A stretch of 64,000 nucleotides of DNA from Leptolyngbyaceae cyanobacterium (GTDB lineage: Bacteria > Cyanobacteriota > Cyanobacteriia > Phormidesmidales > Phormidesmidaceae): the NCBI GenBank assembly GCA_050331235.1, contig JBHJHA010000005.1, positions 1 through 64,000 of the forward strand, read 5' to 3'. Below the pieces are notes generated by a model. The model was not told the origin of the DNA. It searched no databases and saw only the letters and a list, made by a program, of their open reading frames with translations. Both the position numbers and the translations under genes were made by a program. Positions 1 through 10,795 of the stretch are shown piece after piece (positions within the stretch are counted from its first letter, which is position 1; every line of letters begins with the position of its first letter).

Positions 1-453
1 AAAACCGGCTACGAAAATCGCCGCCTGCAGTATGTCATTGGCTTTGGCTTCGTAGATGATATCGCTACTGCCAAGAAGATCATTCTCGATGTATTGCAAG
101 GGCAGAACGACGTTTTGTCAGATCCGGCACCAGAAGCCCTAGTTGTAGACTTAGCTGACAGTACGATCAACATTCGCGCCCGCTGGTGGATTAACTCTCC
201 GCTGCGGGCCGATGTGGTTACTTCCTACGATCTCGTCCTGGAGCAGTCTTGCAACCGTTTGGTCGATGCCGGCATTGATTTGCCCTTCCCCACGCAGCAG
301 GTGCTATTCCACGATCAAACCGAGGCAACCGATGGTGATCGCGCTCGTCAGCGAGAAGGCTGGCCAGTGGCCAAAGGGCAAAATCCTGAATCGATGAGCT
401 TGGCCCGCACTTTACGCGTTCTCAGCAAAGACAGCCATCACCAAGCTTCATAA
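1..453 (+). CDS. Small-conductance mechanosensitive channel (MscS family), C-terminal part; gene starts before the window
   Basis: Frame 1 is open from base 1 (KTGYENRRLQYVIGFGFVDDIATAKKIILDVL...DPAPEALVVDLADSTINIRARWW), which resembles the MscS cytoplasmic domain. Confidence 0.8.
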   Translation, partial: KTGYENRRLQYVIGFGFVDDIATAKKIILDVLQGQNDVLSDPAPEALVVDLADSTINIRARWWINSPLRADVVTSYDLVLEQSCNRLVDAGIDLPFPTQQVLFHDQTEATDGDRARQREGWPVAKGQNPESMSLARTLRVLSKDSHHQAS

Positions 454-536
454 AGTCGCTAGTGGCAAAGAGTTGCCAACCCCAGCACCGATATTTCCTG
501 GGGCTGAGGGTTGGAGGCTTGACTGGGGCTGATGAC

Positions 537-755
537 TTAGTAGCTATCCTCAGCGTCTACGTTGCTCAGGGTCAACAAATGATCGGCATCATCAAGGCGA
601 TCGGCGATCTCTTGGCGCACCTCGACATCGACCTCCAAATCTGCCAACACCTCAACTGCGTCCTGCCGGTACTCGGCACTCTTAGCGGTGTCGGCGTTGT
701 TCAAAAGCTGGAGATTGTCGTAAACCTTTTGGGGAGAGGGAGGTGTATGAGCCAT
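537..755 (-). CDS. Small acidic hypothetical protein
   Basis: ATG at 755 preceded by a GAGGA RBS; protein-like helical composition. Confidence 0.6.
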   Translation of the reverse strand: MAHTPPSPQKVYDNLQLLNNADTAKSAEYRQDAVEVLADLEVDVEVRQEIADRLDDADHLLTLSNVDAEDSY

Positions 756-1404
756 GGCAAAAGTCCTCAATAAAGTGCAGTGAAACTCAATAGGCTGTAG
801 TGGAGCACGCTAAAGAGCAGCAGAAAACACAGAACTATTCCGCATTTTAGGCGGTCAGGGGCTGAGGGAGGCAGTAACTTTCTTTTCTCTACGGAATACC
901 GACTGTCTTCTACATTCCTATAGCTTGTCATTATTGTTTCGCCACAATTGCTCCGCTAATCAACGCAATGAACTGTCATAGTTGTGTATCAAATGCACCA
1001 ATCATTCATGATTCTGCAAACACCGATGTCAATCTCGGGGGATGCTTGTTAACTTTCTTTTAATTGCTTTAAGGTAAATCTATTTTCTTATTGCTTTTGT
1101 CATGGCTTGAATGGTCTAAAGAGTTCAAGTTTTTGAGTTGATTGCGCTAACTATATCGTTGCCTATCGAAGTTAAAATTCCTGAGGAAGGCACAAAAGCG
1201 GTGTCAAGACTTCATGCTTTTGATAAGAAATAAATCGCCATAGTCGTCCCATATCTGACGATTTTCTTAAGCCAAGCCAAAAAAAAAAAATTTGCACTGA
1301 TAATTCATCCACGCGTAGAGTGACCACTCTCGCAAAATACAATCTGCGGATTAAGAGAGTATCCATGTGGATTGTTTCGTGCTGTTTTCAGGCCAGATAC
1401 CAGA

Positions 1405-4400
1405 ATGACTCGACCAACCTCACCTATTAAGCAAGGCCTCTACGATCCACAATTTGAACATGATGCCTGCGGCGTTGGCTTTGTCGTACAGATGAAAGGT
1501 CAGGCGTCTCACGACATCGTTGAGCAGGCGTTGACCATTTTGCTTAATCTCGATCATCGCGGAGCCGTTGGTGCCGAACCTAATACTGGCGACGGGGCGG
1601 GTATTTTGTTGCAGTTGCCCCACAAGTTTATGCAAAAAGTGGCCGCGGCTGAGGGCTTGGTGCTGCCCGGGCGTGGGCAATACGGCGTTGGCATGATTTA
1701 TGGGTCGCCGGATCTAGAAGTTCGACAGCAGAGCCGTCGCATTTTTGAAACGTTGGTGGCTGAGGTAGGGCAGTCGGTGATTGGCTGGCGCGATGTGCCG
1801 ACCAATCACACGACGCTGGGGGCAACGGCTCAGGCCAGTGAACCGTTTATGCAGCAAGTATTTATTCGCCGCAGTGATGATTTAGCGGATGATTTGGCCT
1901 TTGAGCGCAAGCTATATGTAATTCGTAAGCGATCGCACATGGCGATTCGGCATCCCGGTGTTGACAAGCACTGGTATCCGGCCAGCATTTCTTGCCGCAC
2001 AATTGTCTACAAGGGGATGTTGATGCCGGTGCAGGTGGGGCAATATTACCCCGATTTACACGATCCTGATATGGAAAGTGCGCTAGGGTTGGTGCATTCG
2101 CGCTTTAGCACCAATACCTTCCCCAGTTGGGAGCGATCGCACCCCTACCGCTACATCGCCCACAACGGCGAAATCAACACGATGCGCGGCAACATCAACT
2201 GGATGCACGCTCGCCAGTCGATGTTCGAGTCAGAGCTGTTTGGCGATGACCTGAAGAAGGCCCAGCCGATCATCAATGTGGATGGCAGCGACTCCACGAT
2301 TTTTGACAACACGCTGGAGATGCTGACGCTCTCCGGTCGCTCTCTGCCCCACGCCATGATGATGATGATCCCCGAGCCGTGGGCGGGGCATGAGTCCATG
2401 AGCCCGGAGAAGAAGGCATTCTACGAGTACCACTCCTGCCTGATGGAGCCGTGGGATGGCCCCGCGTCGATCGCCTTCACCGATGGCACGATGATGGGGG
2501 CCTGTCTCGATCGCAATGGTTTGCGCCCCTCCCGCTACTACGTCACCAAGGACGATCGCGTCATCATGGCCTCGGAAGCAGGCGTGCTCCCCGTTGACCC
2601 CGCAGACGTGGTGAAGAAAGGACGTCTGGAGCCGGGGCGCATGTTCTTGGTGGATATGAACGAAGGCCGTATCGTTGCCGATGAAGAAATCAAACAGGGC
2701 ATCGCCACCGAACATCCTTATCGGGAATGGTTAGACCAGAATTTGGTGGGGTTGGCAGACATCCCTGTAGGGGCGCACGGCCGTGCGCCCCTACAGGGCA
2801 CGCCACAATCCAACACGCCGTTGCCCCAACGGCAACGGGCCTTTGGCTACACCTTTGAAGAACTCCGCCTGCTACTGTCACCGATGGCTCAGAACGGGGT
2901 CGAAGCGATCGGGGCCATGGGCACCGACACGCCGCTGGCGGTACTCTCCAACCGTCCGAAGCTGCTGTACGACTACTTTCAGCAGTTGTTCGCCCAGGTG
3001 ACGAACCCGCCGATCGACTCGATTCGGGAGGCGATCGTGACGTCGCCGATCACGACCATCGGCAGCGAGCGCAATCTGCTCCAGCCAGAGCCGGAAAGCT
3101 GTCGGCTGATCAAGCTGGAAACCCCGGTTATCAGCAACGAAGAACTGGCAAAGCTGAAGCACATCGACAATCCCCACTTCAAATCGATCACGCTGCCGAT
3201 GCTGTTTGCGCCGTCATCCGGTGTGGTGGGGATGGAGACGGCCATTGACGATATTTGTCGTCAGGCTGATGAGGCGATCGCCGCCGGTACCAACCTGATC
3301 ATTCTCAGCGATCGCGGCATCGACCAAAACCACGCTGCGATTCCCGCCCTGCTGGCGGTTTCGGGGCTGCACCATCACCTGATCCGCAACGGCACCCGCA
3401 CCCGCGTTGGTCTGGTGCTGGAGTCCGGCGAACCCCGTGAAGTGCACCACTACGCGGTGCTGCTGGGCTACGGCTGTGGCGCGATCAATCCCTACCTCGC
3501 CTTCGAGACCATCGAGAACATGATCGAAGAGGGCGTGCTGAACGGCATCGACTACGCTAAAGCCTGTAAGAACTACATTAAAGCGGTCACCAAGGGCGTG
3601 ATCAAGATTGGCTCCAAGATTGGGGTTTCCACGATTCAGAGCTATCGGGGCGCGCAGATCTTTGAAGCGATCGGCCTTGATTCCTCGGTGATTAACCAGT
3701 ACTTTACCTGGACGGCCTCGCGGCTCGAGGGGGCTGATCTGGCAGTGCTGACTCAAGAAGCGACGCTGCGACACAGTCATGCCTTCCCCGATCGCGACAT
3801 TCCTGATCACACGCTAGATGTGGGCGGTGACTATCAGTGGCGTAAGGATGGCGAAGCGCATCTGTTCAGCCCGGAAACCATCCACATGTTGCAACAAGCG
3901 ACGCGCAATGGTGACTACGAGCTGTACAAAAAATATGCCGCGCGAATTAACGCCCACGGTAAGCAGTTCTTCCGTATCCGCGATCTGCTGGAGTTCAAGG
4001 CCCGTGCCCCGATCCCGTTAGGGGAAGTGGAACCCGTTGAGGCGATTATGAAGCGCTTCAAGACGGGGGCGATGAGCTACGGGTCGATTTCTAAAGAGAC
4101 CCACGAATCGCTGGCGATCGCCATGAACCGCATCGGCGGCAAGTCCAACACCGGGGAGGGCGGCGAAGACCCCGAACGGTATACCTGGACAAATGAGCGC
4201 GGCGACTCGAAGAACAGCGCCATCAAGCAGGTGGCCTCTGGGCGCTTCGGCGTCACCAGCCTCTACCTGTCTCAGGCGCGGGAAATTCAGATCAAGATGG
4301 CCCAGGGCGCGAAACCGGGCGAGGGCGGCCAGCTCCCCGGCCTGAAGGTGTATCCCTGGATTGCCAAGGTGCGCCACTCGACCCCTGGTGTGGGCCTGAT

Positions 4401-6012
4401 TTCACCGCCGCCCCACCACGACATCTACTCCATTGAGGATCTGGCGCAACTAATCCATGACCTGAAGAATGCGAACCGGGCAGCGCGGGTCAGCGTCAAG
4501 CTGGTGTCGGAGGTCGGGGTCGGCACCGTCGCAGCCGGTGTGGCCAAAGCCCATGCCGATGTGGTGCTGATCTCCGGGTTCGATGGCGGCACGGGTGCAT
4601 CGCCCCAAACCTCCATCAAACATGCGGGACTCCCCTGGGAACTGGGGCTAGCCGAAACCCACCAAACCCTGGTGCTGAACAACCTGCGGAGCCGCATCGC
4701 CGTAGAGACGGACGGCCAGATGAAGACTGGGCGAGACGTGGCGATCGCCACCCTCCTGGGTGCCGAAGAATACGGCTTCTCCACCGCGCCGTTGGTGTCC
4801 CTCGGCTGCATTATGATGCGCGTCTGCCACAAAAACACCTGCCCCGTCGGCGTCGCCACCCAAAACCCCGACCTGCGGAAGAATTTCACGGGCGACCCCC
4901 AGCACACAGTCAACTTCATGACCTTCATCGCGCAAGAATTGCGGGAGATCATGGCGGAATTAGGCTTCCGCAGCATCAATGAGATGGTGGGTCGGACAGA
5001 TGTGCTGGAGCCGAAAAAGGCGATCGACCACTGGAAAGCCAAGGGCATCGATGTCTCGAAAATTCTCCACCAGCCGGAAGTTGGGCCGGAAATCGGGCGC
5101 TACTGCCAGATTCCCCAAGATCACGGGCTGGAGAAGTCCCTGGATATGACCACCCTGCTGGAGCTGTGCCAGCCTGCCATTGAGCAGGCTGAGCCGGTCC
5201 GCGCCACGCTGCCCATCACTAACGTGAACCGCGTGGTCGGCACCATCCTCGGCAACGAAATCAGCCAGCGCCACTGGGACGGCTTGCCGGAAGATACGGT
5301 GCATCTCCACTTCCAGGGCAGCGCGGGGCAAAGCTTCTCGGCCTTTGTGCCCAAGGGCGTGACGATGGAGTTAGAGGGCGACGCCAACGACTACCTCGGC
5401 AAGGGCCTCAGCGGCGGCAAGATCATCCTCTATCCGCCCAAAGGCTCGAGCTTTGTCGCGGAAGAGAACATCATCACCGGAAACGTCGCCTTCTACGGCG
5501 CGACGGGCGGCGAAGCCTACATTCGCGGCCTGGCGGGTGAGCGCTTCTGCGTCCGCAACTCCGGGGTGCGCGCCGTGGTGGAAGGCGTCGGCGACCACGC
5601 CTGCGAGTATATGACCGGCGGCAAGGCGGTGATCATCGGCCCCACGGGACGCAACTTTGCCGCGGGCATGAGCGGCGGCATCGCCTATGTGCTGGATGAG
5701 GCGGGCGATTTTGCCACTCGCTGCAATACCGAAATGGTCGATTTAGAACCGCTCGAAGCGCCGGAAGACGTGCGTGAAGTACGCGAAATGGTCGAAGCCC
5801 ATGTGAAATACACGGGCAGCCAGAAGGGCGATCGCGTTCTCACCGACTGGGAAAACCTCGTGCCCAAGTTTGTGAAAGTGATGCCCCGCGACTACAAACG
5901 CGTACTCCAACACATTCAAAAAGCGATGGAGGCAGGACTCGACGGCGACGATGCTCTGTCGGCAGCGTTCGAGGAGAATGCCCGCGATATCGCCCGCATC
6001 AGCGGCAGTTGA
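1405..6012 (+). CDS. gltB: Glutamate synthase large subunit (NADH-GOGAT)
   Basis: EHDACGVGF propeptide and catalytic Cys, [35 protein letters not shown] 3Fe-4S motif, C-terminal GXGXG domain; gltD lies downstream. Confidence 0.97.
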   Translation: MTRPTSPIKQGLYDPQFEHDACGVGFVVQMKGQASHDIVEQALTILLNLDHRGAVGAEPNTGDGAGILLQLPHKFMQKVAAAEGLVLPGRGQYGVGMIYGSPDLEVRQQSRRIFETLVAEVGQSVIGWRDVPTNHTTLGATAQASEPFMQQVFIRRSDDLADDLAFERKLYVIRKRSHMAIRHPGVDKHWYPASISCRTIVYKGMLMPVQVGQYYPDLHDPDMESALGLVHSRFSTNTFPSWERSHPYRYIAHNGEINTMRGNINWMHARQSMFESELFGDDLKKAQPIINVDGSDSTIFDNTLEMLTLSGRSLPHAMMMMIPEPWAGHESMSPEKKAFYEYHSCLMEPWDGPASIAFTDGTMMGACLDRNGLRPSRYYVTKDDRVIMASEAGVLPVDPADVVKKGRLEPGRMFLVDMNEGRIVADEEIKQGIATEHPYREWLDQNLVGLADIPVGAHGRAPLQGTPQSNTPLPQRQRAFGYTFEELRLLLSPMAQNGVEAIGAMGTDTPLAVLSNRPKLLYDYFQQLFAQVTNPPIDSIREAIVTSPITTIGSERNLLQPEPESCRLIKLETPVISNEELAKLKHIDNPHFKSITLPMLFAPSSGVVGMETAIDDICRQADEAIAAGTNLIILSDRGIDQNHAAIPALLAVSGLHHHLIRNGTRTRVGLVLESGEPREVHHYAVLLGYGCGAINPYLAFETIENMIEEGVLNGIDYAKACKNYIKAVTKGVIKIGSKIGVSTIQSYRGAQIFEAIGLDSSVINQYFTWTASRLEGADLAVLTQEATLRHSHAFPDRDIPDHTLDVGGDYQWRKDGEAHLFSPETIHMLQQATRNGDYELYKKYAARINAHGKQFFRIRDLLEFKARAPIPLGEVEPVEAIMKRFKTGAMSYGSISKETHESLAIAMNRIGGKSNTGEGGEDPERYTWTNERGDSKNSAIKQVASGRFGVTSLYLSQAREIQIKMAQGAKPGEGGQLPGLKVYPWIAKVRHSTPGVGLISPPPHHDIYSIEDLAQLIHDLKNANRAARVSVKLVSEVGVGTVAAGVAKAHADVVLISGFDGGTGASPQTSIKHAGLPWELGLAETHQTLVLNNLRSRIAVETDGQMKTGRDVAIATLLGAEEYGFSTAPLVSLGCIMMRVCHKNTCPVGVATQNPDLRKNFTGDPQHTVNFMTFIAQELREIMAELGFRSINEMVGRTDVLEPKKAIDHWKAKGIDVSKILHQPEVGPEIGRYCQIPQDHGLEKSLDMTTLLELCQPAIEQAEPVRATLPITNVNRVVGTILGNEISQRHWDGLPEDTVHLHFQGSAGQSFSAFVPKGVTMELEGDANDYLGKGLSGGKIILYPPKGSSFVAEENIITGNVAFYGATGGEAYIRGLAGERFCVRNSGVRAVVEGVGDHACEYMTGGKAVIIGPTGRNFAAGMSGGIAYVLDEAGDFATRCNTEMVDLEPLEAPEDVREVREMVEAHVKYTGSQKGDRVLTDWENLVPKFVKVMPRDYKRVLQHIQKAMEAGLDGDDALSAAFEENARDIARISGS
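2763..2798. repeat. Perfect 36-bp palindrome (GTAG-type REP-like element) inside the gltB coding sequence
   Basis: CCCTGTAGGGGCGCACGG|CCGTGCGCCCCTACAGGG is its own reverse complement; it encodes [12 protein letters not shown]. Confidence 0.9.
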
Positions 6013-6024
6013 TCCACATCATCC

Positions 6025-6051
6025 GTAGGGGCGCGGAAACCGCGCCCCTAC
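6025..6051. repeat. Second GTAG-type REP-like palindrome, just downstream of gltB
   Basis: GTAGGGGCGCGG-AAA-CCGCGCCCCTAC: 12-bp stem with the same GTAGGGGCGC/GCGCCCCTAC arms as the copy at 2763. Confidence 0.9.
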
Positions 6052-6314
6052 CCCACCAAATTGACCGATAGCGTTTTGAGGATAACCGTCGTGAAATTGG
6101 AGACTACTGAAACAATGGCAGCCGCGATAATCACCCAAATCGCCCCTTGAATCAAGCGATCTGTTCTGTTCGCACGTAATTCAAATGGCTCCTTCGAGGA
6201 TTGTAGCTTTTGGTTTAAGTTGTGAACCTCTTGGCGTAGTTCCCCAATTTCTTGACTTAACTGAAGTAGAGCCTCTCGGATGTCACGATTGCTTGGACTA
6301 TCAGGTATCGCCAT
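6048..6314 (-). CDS. Small coiled-coil protein with a C-terminal transmembrane helix
   Basis: Heptad-like LLQLSQEIGELRQEVHNLNQKL followed by hydrophobic AIWVIIAAAIVSVV; GAGG upstream of the ATG. Confidence 0.65.
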   Translation of the reverse strand: MAIPDSPSNRDIREALLQLSQEIGELRQEVHNLNQKLQSSKEPFELRANRTDRLIQGAIWVIIAAAIVSVVSNFTTVILKTLSVNLVG

Positions 6315-6454
6315 CGGAAAACCTCATTTTGAATAAGTTTAATAATTGTCAACGTAAAAATGTTAAATCGAAATCCTGGAAAGTGCATCCTTAACGCAAC
6401 ATGCTCTCTTCTTTTCTGATTCCGTAGACGATTGCTTCACAAATTTCTCAAGCG

Positions 6455-7678
6455 TTGGAATCATATGCTTTCCTTTGCGATCCTGATACTGAATTCCATC
6501 TTGAAACGGGAGGATCTATTGATAATCGACGTCTTCCCGACATCATAAAATTTAAGCTTTCACAGGGAGAGTATTTCCTCACCGATTGGAAATGTGCTAA
6601 CAACAAAAGCATTCAAGTGGGTGATAGAGCATATCTGATTAAGACTAACGAAGAACCGAGAGGATTCATCGCTTCAGGCCGAGTTGTTGAGGCCCCAGAG
6701 AAGCATCAACTCAGACAATCCTTAAAGTTTTCAAACCTAAGTGCTGCTTATACCAGCACAGATGGGCGAAATTATTGGGTTTATATTGCCTTAGATTCAG
6801 TTGTTGACTTTGATAGTCCCTTGGAACAGAAGTCACTTAAACATCAGCCGATCTTTAAAGATGTCAACTTTTACTTTGCAGGTGGAGGTAAACGATTTGC
6901 ACCTGATGATCCTGCTGCTGTTGAAGCCCTCTCATCAAAATGGGAATCTCATTGCCTAGTTTTACAGAGCAAAGGGAAAGGTCGGAGATTAGTTGATGTC
7001 TTTCTAGAAAGAGGATTAAAAGCTAGAAAGGAAAATGATTATGAGACCGCCTTGTATCACTTCTACGAAGCTTTAGACATAGAGCCAACTTACAAAAAAG
7101 TGTTAAACCAGATTCCAATTTGTGAGTCACTTCTTCAAAAGGCAGAATTAGAACTTGAAGTAGAATCAGAGCCAATCTCATCGCCGCTAGTGCCTGATCC
7201 ATCTCTTCAGCAAGAGTTGAAGGTTATAAGAGATGAGTTAGATCAAGAAGATTCTCTTGAAACTCCTAATAATAATGAAGATAGAAATCGGGTGTTAGCC
7301 GAAATTGCCCGACGGCAGGGGCAATCAAAGTTCCGCCAGATCTTATTAGATGCTTACGGCTGCAAGTGCGCCATCACTGGATTTGATGCAGGTGAAGCTT
7401 TGGAAGCAGCCCATATCATTCCGTATGCAGAAACAGAAGATAACGATCCATCCAATGGTCTATTGTTACGGGCTGACATTCATACCCTTTTCGATCTCAA
7501 CCTGTTAGCTATTCATCCTGAGAACCTGAGCATTTTATTGCACCCCGATTTGCGAAATACTGAATATCGAAATCTTCAAAATCAGAAAATGCGTATACCT
7601 AATACGTCAAATTTGAAACCGAACCCGAAATATTTGAAGAAAAAACTACAGCAATGTACTTGGTTGGATGTTCCATAG
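6455..7678 (+). CDS. HNH endonuclease with an N-terminal EVE/PUA-like domain and a central TPR-like helix pair (candidate modification-dependent restriction enzyme)
   Basis: C-terminal RQGQSKFRQILLDAYGCKCAITG...LEAAHIIPY...NGLLLRADIHTLFD (HNH_2 type); N-terminal WKC...IQVGDRAYLIKT...RGFIASGRVV; TPR-like GLKARKENDYETALYHFYEALDIEP. Confidence 0.8.
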   Translation: MESYAFLCDPDTEFHLETGGSIDNRRLPDIIKFKLSQGEYFLTDWKCANNKSIQVGDRAYLIKTNEEPRGFIASGRVVEAPEKHQLRQSLKFSNLSAAYTSTDGRNYWVYIALDSVVDFDSPLEQKSLKHQPIFKDVNFYFAGGGKRFAPDDPAAVEALSSKWESHCLVLQSKGKGRRLVDVFLERGLKARKENDYETALYHFYEALDIEPTYKKVLNQIPICESLLQKAELELEVESEPISSPLVPDPSLQQELKVIRDELDQEDSLETPNNNEDRNRVLAEIARRQGQSKFRQILLDAYGCKCAITGFDAGEALEAAHIIPYAETEDNDPSNGLLLRADIHTLFDLNLLAIHPENLSILLHPDLRNTEYRNLQNQKMRIPNTSNLKPNPKYLKKKLQQCTWLDVP

Positions 7679-7793
7679 AAATGTTCAAAATCAGTAGATT
7701 CTGAATATCGCTTCAAAAAATGTTGGGTTCTTAAAACTTGTGCCCTCCCCTCCCCTAAACCTTTCACCGTTAACCCTTAACCACTTTCAAATC

Positions 7794-9278
7794 ATGGGAA
7801 AACCAACTGGCTTTATGGAATTTTTGCGCGAGGTGGCGAACGAAGTTGCCCCCGCCGATCGCATCCGCAACTGGGATGAATTTCATCTCCACATGCCCGA
7901 AGAAAACTTGCAGACCCAAGGCGCGCGCTGCATGGACTGCGGCACTCCCTTCTGCCACACGGGGATGGAAATGAATCGGGCGGCTAGCGGTTGCCCCATC
8001 AACAACCTAATCCCCGAGTGGAATGACCTGATCTACCGGGGACGCTGGCAAGATGCTCTGGATCGCCTCCACAAAACCAACAACTTCCCTGAATTCACCG
8101 GACGGGTTTGCCCAGCTCCCTGCGAAGGGGCTTGTGTATTGGGCATCATTGAGCCGCCGGTCACCATCAAAAATATTGAGTATTCCATCGCTGAAAAGGG
8201 CTGGGAAGAAGGCTGGATTACTCCCCAAATTCCCAGCAAGCGGACAGGAAAGAAAGTAGCGATCGTTGGCTCCGGTCCTGCCGGACTCTCGGCGGCGGCT
8301 CAGCTCAACTCTGCGGGTCACTGGGTCACCGTGTACGAACGGGCTGATCGTCCCGGCGGTTTGCTCATGTACGGCATTCCCAATATGAAGCTAGATAAGC
8401 AAAAAGTTGTGCAGCGCCGCCTAGATGTGCTCGAAGCTGAGGGCGTTACCTTTGTCTGCAATACCGAAGTCGGCAAAGACCTCCCCACCGAAACGCTGGT
8501 CAAAGACTTCGATTCGGTCATTCTCTGCACAGGCTCCACCCGGCCCCGCGACCTCCCCATCGCAGGACGTGATCTCCAGGGCATCCACTTCGCCATGGAA
8601 TTCCTCTCTGCCAATACTCAAGCAGTGCTCGACGGCGTGCCCCGCAACAACTACATTTCCGCAGCGGGTAAAGATGTTGTCATTATTGGCGGCGGCGACA
8701 CGGGCACCGACTGCGTGGGCACCTCCATCCGTCACGGCTGCACCAGCGTCACCCAATTGGAAATCATGCCCAAGCCTCCTGAAACCCGTGCCCCTAGCAA
8801 CCCCTGGCCCGAGTGGCCCAAGATCTACCGCATGGATTACGGCCAGGAAGAAGCCGCCGCTATGTTCGGCGATGATCCCCGGGCTTACACTCGCACGGCC
8901 ACGAAATTTGAAGGGGATGACAACGGGCAGGTTAAAGCCGTTCACACCGTCGAGGTGAAGTGGACAAAAAACGAAAACGGCCGCTTTATTCCCCAACATG
9001 TCCCCGGCACTGCAAAGATCCTGCCTGCTCAACTGGTGTTGCTGGCGATGGGCTTCCTCGGCCCTGAACAGCCCATTATCGACGCCCTTGGCCTAGAGCA
9101 AGATGGCCGCAGCAACATCAAAGCGGAGCACGAGCAATACACCACCTCCATCCCCGGTGTGTTTGCCGCGGGCGATTGCCGTCGCGGGCAAAGCCTCGTG
9201 GTATGGGCTTTCAATGAGGGAAGAGGCGTCGCGAGGGAGTGCGATCGCTACCTCATGGGCACTACCGAACTGCCCTAA
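7794..9278 (+). CDS. gltD: Glutamate synthase small subunit
   Basis: MGKPTGF start, [10 protein letters not shown] and CPAPCEGAC Fe-S motifs, GSGPAG and GGGDTG dinucleotide-binding motifs. Confidence 0.97.
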   Translation: MGKPTGFMEFLREVANEVAPADRIRNWDEFHLHMPEENLQTQGARCMDCGTPFCHTGMEMNRAASGCPINNLIPEWNDLIYRGRWQDALDRLHKTNNFPEFTGRVCPAPCEGACVLGIIEPPVTIKNIEYSIAEKGWEEGWITPQIPSKRTGKKVAIVGSGPAGLSAAAQLNSAGHWVTVYERADRPGGLLMYGIPNMKLDKQKVVQRRLDVLEAEGVTFVCNTEVGKDLPTETLVKDFDSVILCTGSTRPRDLPIAGRDLQGIHFAMEFLSANTQAVLDGVPRNNYISAAGKDVVIIGGGDTGTDCVGTSIRHGCTSVTQLEIMPKPPETRAPSNPWPEWPKIYRMDYGQEEAAAMFGDDPRAYTRTATKFEGDDNGQVKAVHTVEVKWTKNENGRFIPQHVPGTAKILPAQLVLLAMGFLGPEQPIIDALGLEQDGRSNIKAEHEQYTTSIPGVFAAGDCRRGQSLVVWAFNEGRGVARECDRYLMGTTELP

Positions 9279-9462
9279 TCTTTGCTTCTCGCCCCCGTTT
9301 TTTTGAGAAAGCGGGGGTGACGGATTGACCCAAGCGGGATTGGCGGTCGGCTGAAGTGCAGGCCATCTCCGGGAGATGCCCTAACACCTGAAAACGCCGC
9401 TCATTTCACAGGTGAGTATCCTCGACAACGCCCACCTGTGACTGAAACCCATCTAGCGGAAG

Positions 9463-10611
9463 TTAAGCCGAGAGTACCGCCTGCGCAGCGGCTAACCCCG
9501 CACCTGGAGTGAAGCCATTGGCCCCAAGTTGGGTCAAGGTTGCCTCTAGCGCCGCTACCGCAGTCAAAATATCGCGATTGCCAACAAAGCCAAGGTGACC
9601 AATGCGGAAAATCTTGCCCTTCATATGGTCTTGGCCACCCGCTAGGGCAATATCAAACTCTTTGCGCATAATGGAGCGAATTTGCTCAGCTTCGACGCTT
9701 TGGGGCATTACCGACGTGACGGCGGGGCTGGCCACCTCATCCGCGGCAAGTAGAGGCAGATTGAGGGCTTTCATGGCAGCTCGCGTCGCGCCTTGGAGCT
9801 TGGCATGGCGGGCAAAAATATGATCTAGCCCTTCATCCTGCATCATTTTGAGCGCTACTTGGAGTGCAAAAAATAGGCTGACTGGGGGAGTAAAGGGCGT
9901 CGTATTTTTGCCGGCACTTTTGCGATAGGGGCCAAGATCAAAATAAAACTTAGGAATGTTGGCGGTTTCATAGGCCTGCCAGGCGCGATCGCTCAGGGTC
10001 ACAAACCCTAGCCCTGGTGGCACCATATAGCCCTTTTGAGAGCCCGACGCGACGACATCGAGCCCCCACTCGTCCACCGGTACGCTGCAGGCCCCTAAAC
10101 TGGTCACCGCATCTACCAACACTAGAGCTCCGTGGGCACGGGTGTAGTCAGCGATGGTTTTCAAGTCATTGAGCACCCCTGTTGACGTTTCGCTATGGGT
10201 CACCAAGACCGCCTTGATGGACTGATTAGTGTCAGCATCCAGTGCTGCTTTGAACTCAGCTGGGTCTAGAGGCTTGCCCCACTCGGCCTCAATGACCTCG
10301 ACTTCCAGGCCAAACGCTTTGCACACTTTGACCCAGCGATCGCCAAACTTACCGTTGCTGCCGACCAACACGCGATCGCCCACGCTCAGCATATTGATGA
10401 TGCCGGCCTCCATCGCGCCAGTACCACTCGCCGTCAACATCAACACATCATTTTGGGTTTGGTGGAGCCACTTTAGGCCGTCGGCCACCTCTCCCACAAT
10501 CTGGCTAAACTCACCACTGCGGTGACCAATGAGGTGCTGGGCTTGGGCGAGTAAAACGCTCTCAGGCACCGGCGTTGGCCCCGGAATCATCAGCATAAAT
10601 TTGTCGTCCAT
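9463..10611 (-). CDS. Alanine-glyoxylate/serine-pyruvate aminotransferase family (class V PLP enzyme)
   Basis: LMIPGPTPVP, HSETSTG, VDAVTS, SGSQKG (PLP lysine), FRIGHLG. Confidence 0.92.
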   Translation of the reverse strand: MDDKFMLMIPGPTPVPESVLLAQAQHLIGHRSGEFSQIVGEVADGLKWLHQTQNDVLMLTASGTGAMEAGIINMLSVGDRVLVGSNGKFGDRWVKVCKAFGLEVEVIEAEWGKPLDPAEFKAALDADTNQSIKAVLVTHSETSTGVLNDLKTIADYTRAHGALVLVDAVTSLGACSVPVDEWGLDVVASGSQKGYMVPPGLGFVTLSDRAWQAYETANIPKFYFDLGPYRKSAGKNTTPFTPPVSLFFALQVALKMMQDEGLDHIFARHAKLQGATRAAMKALNLPLLAADEVASPAVTSVMPQSVEAEQIRSIMRKEFDIALAGGQDHMKGKIFRIGHLGFVGNRDILTAVAALEATLTQLGANGFTPGAGLAAAQAVLSA

Positions 10612-10727
10612 GGGCGTTCCTATCCAATCATCTGATTTCAATACGAGCGTAATTCAGCATCGCACAAGATAGAAAAATCAACCCAAATCTTTGTGCTGTT
10701 ATTAGCAATTCATGATCCGGCAAGTTT

Positions 10728-10769
10728 TGAACCATTTCCCTTTGAGTCTCTCCAAAGGGAAATGGTTCA
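10728..10769. terminator. Long stem-loop downstream of amiC (terminator or mRNA-stabilising hairpin)
   Basis: TGAACCATTTCCCTTTG...CAAAGGGAAATGGTTCA, a 17-bp inverted repeat; no clear U-tract. Confidence 0.6.
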
Positions 10770-10795
10770 CCCTGCGTGTGTCAAAGGGGCCAAAG

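Noticed and set aside
984..998. Possible NtcA site upstream of gltB (GTATCAAATGCAC)
   Set aside because: Spacing and right half do not fit GTA-N8-TAC.
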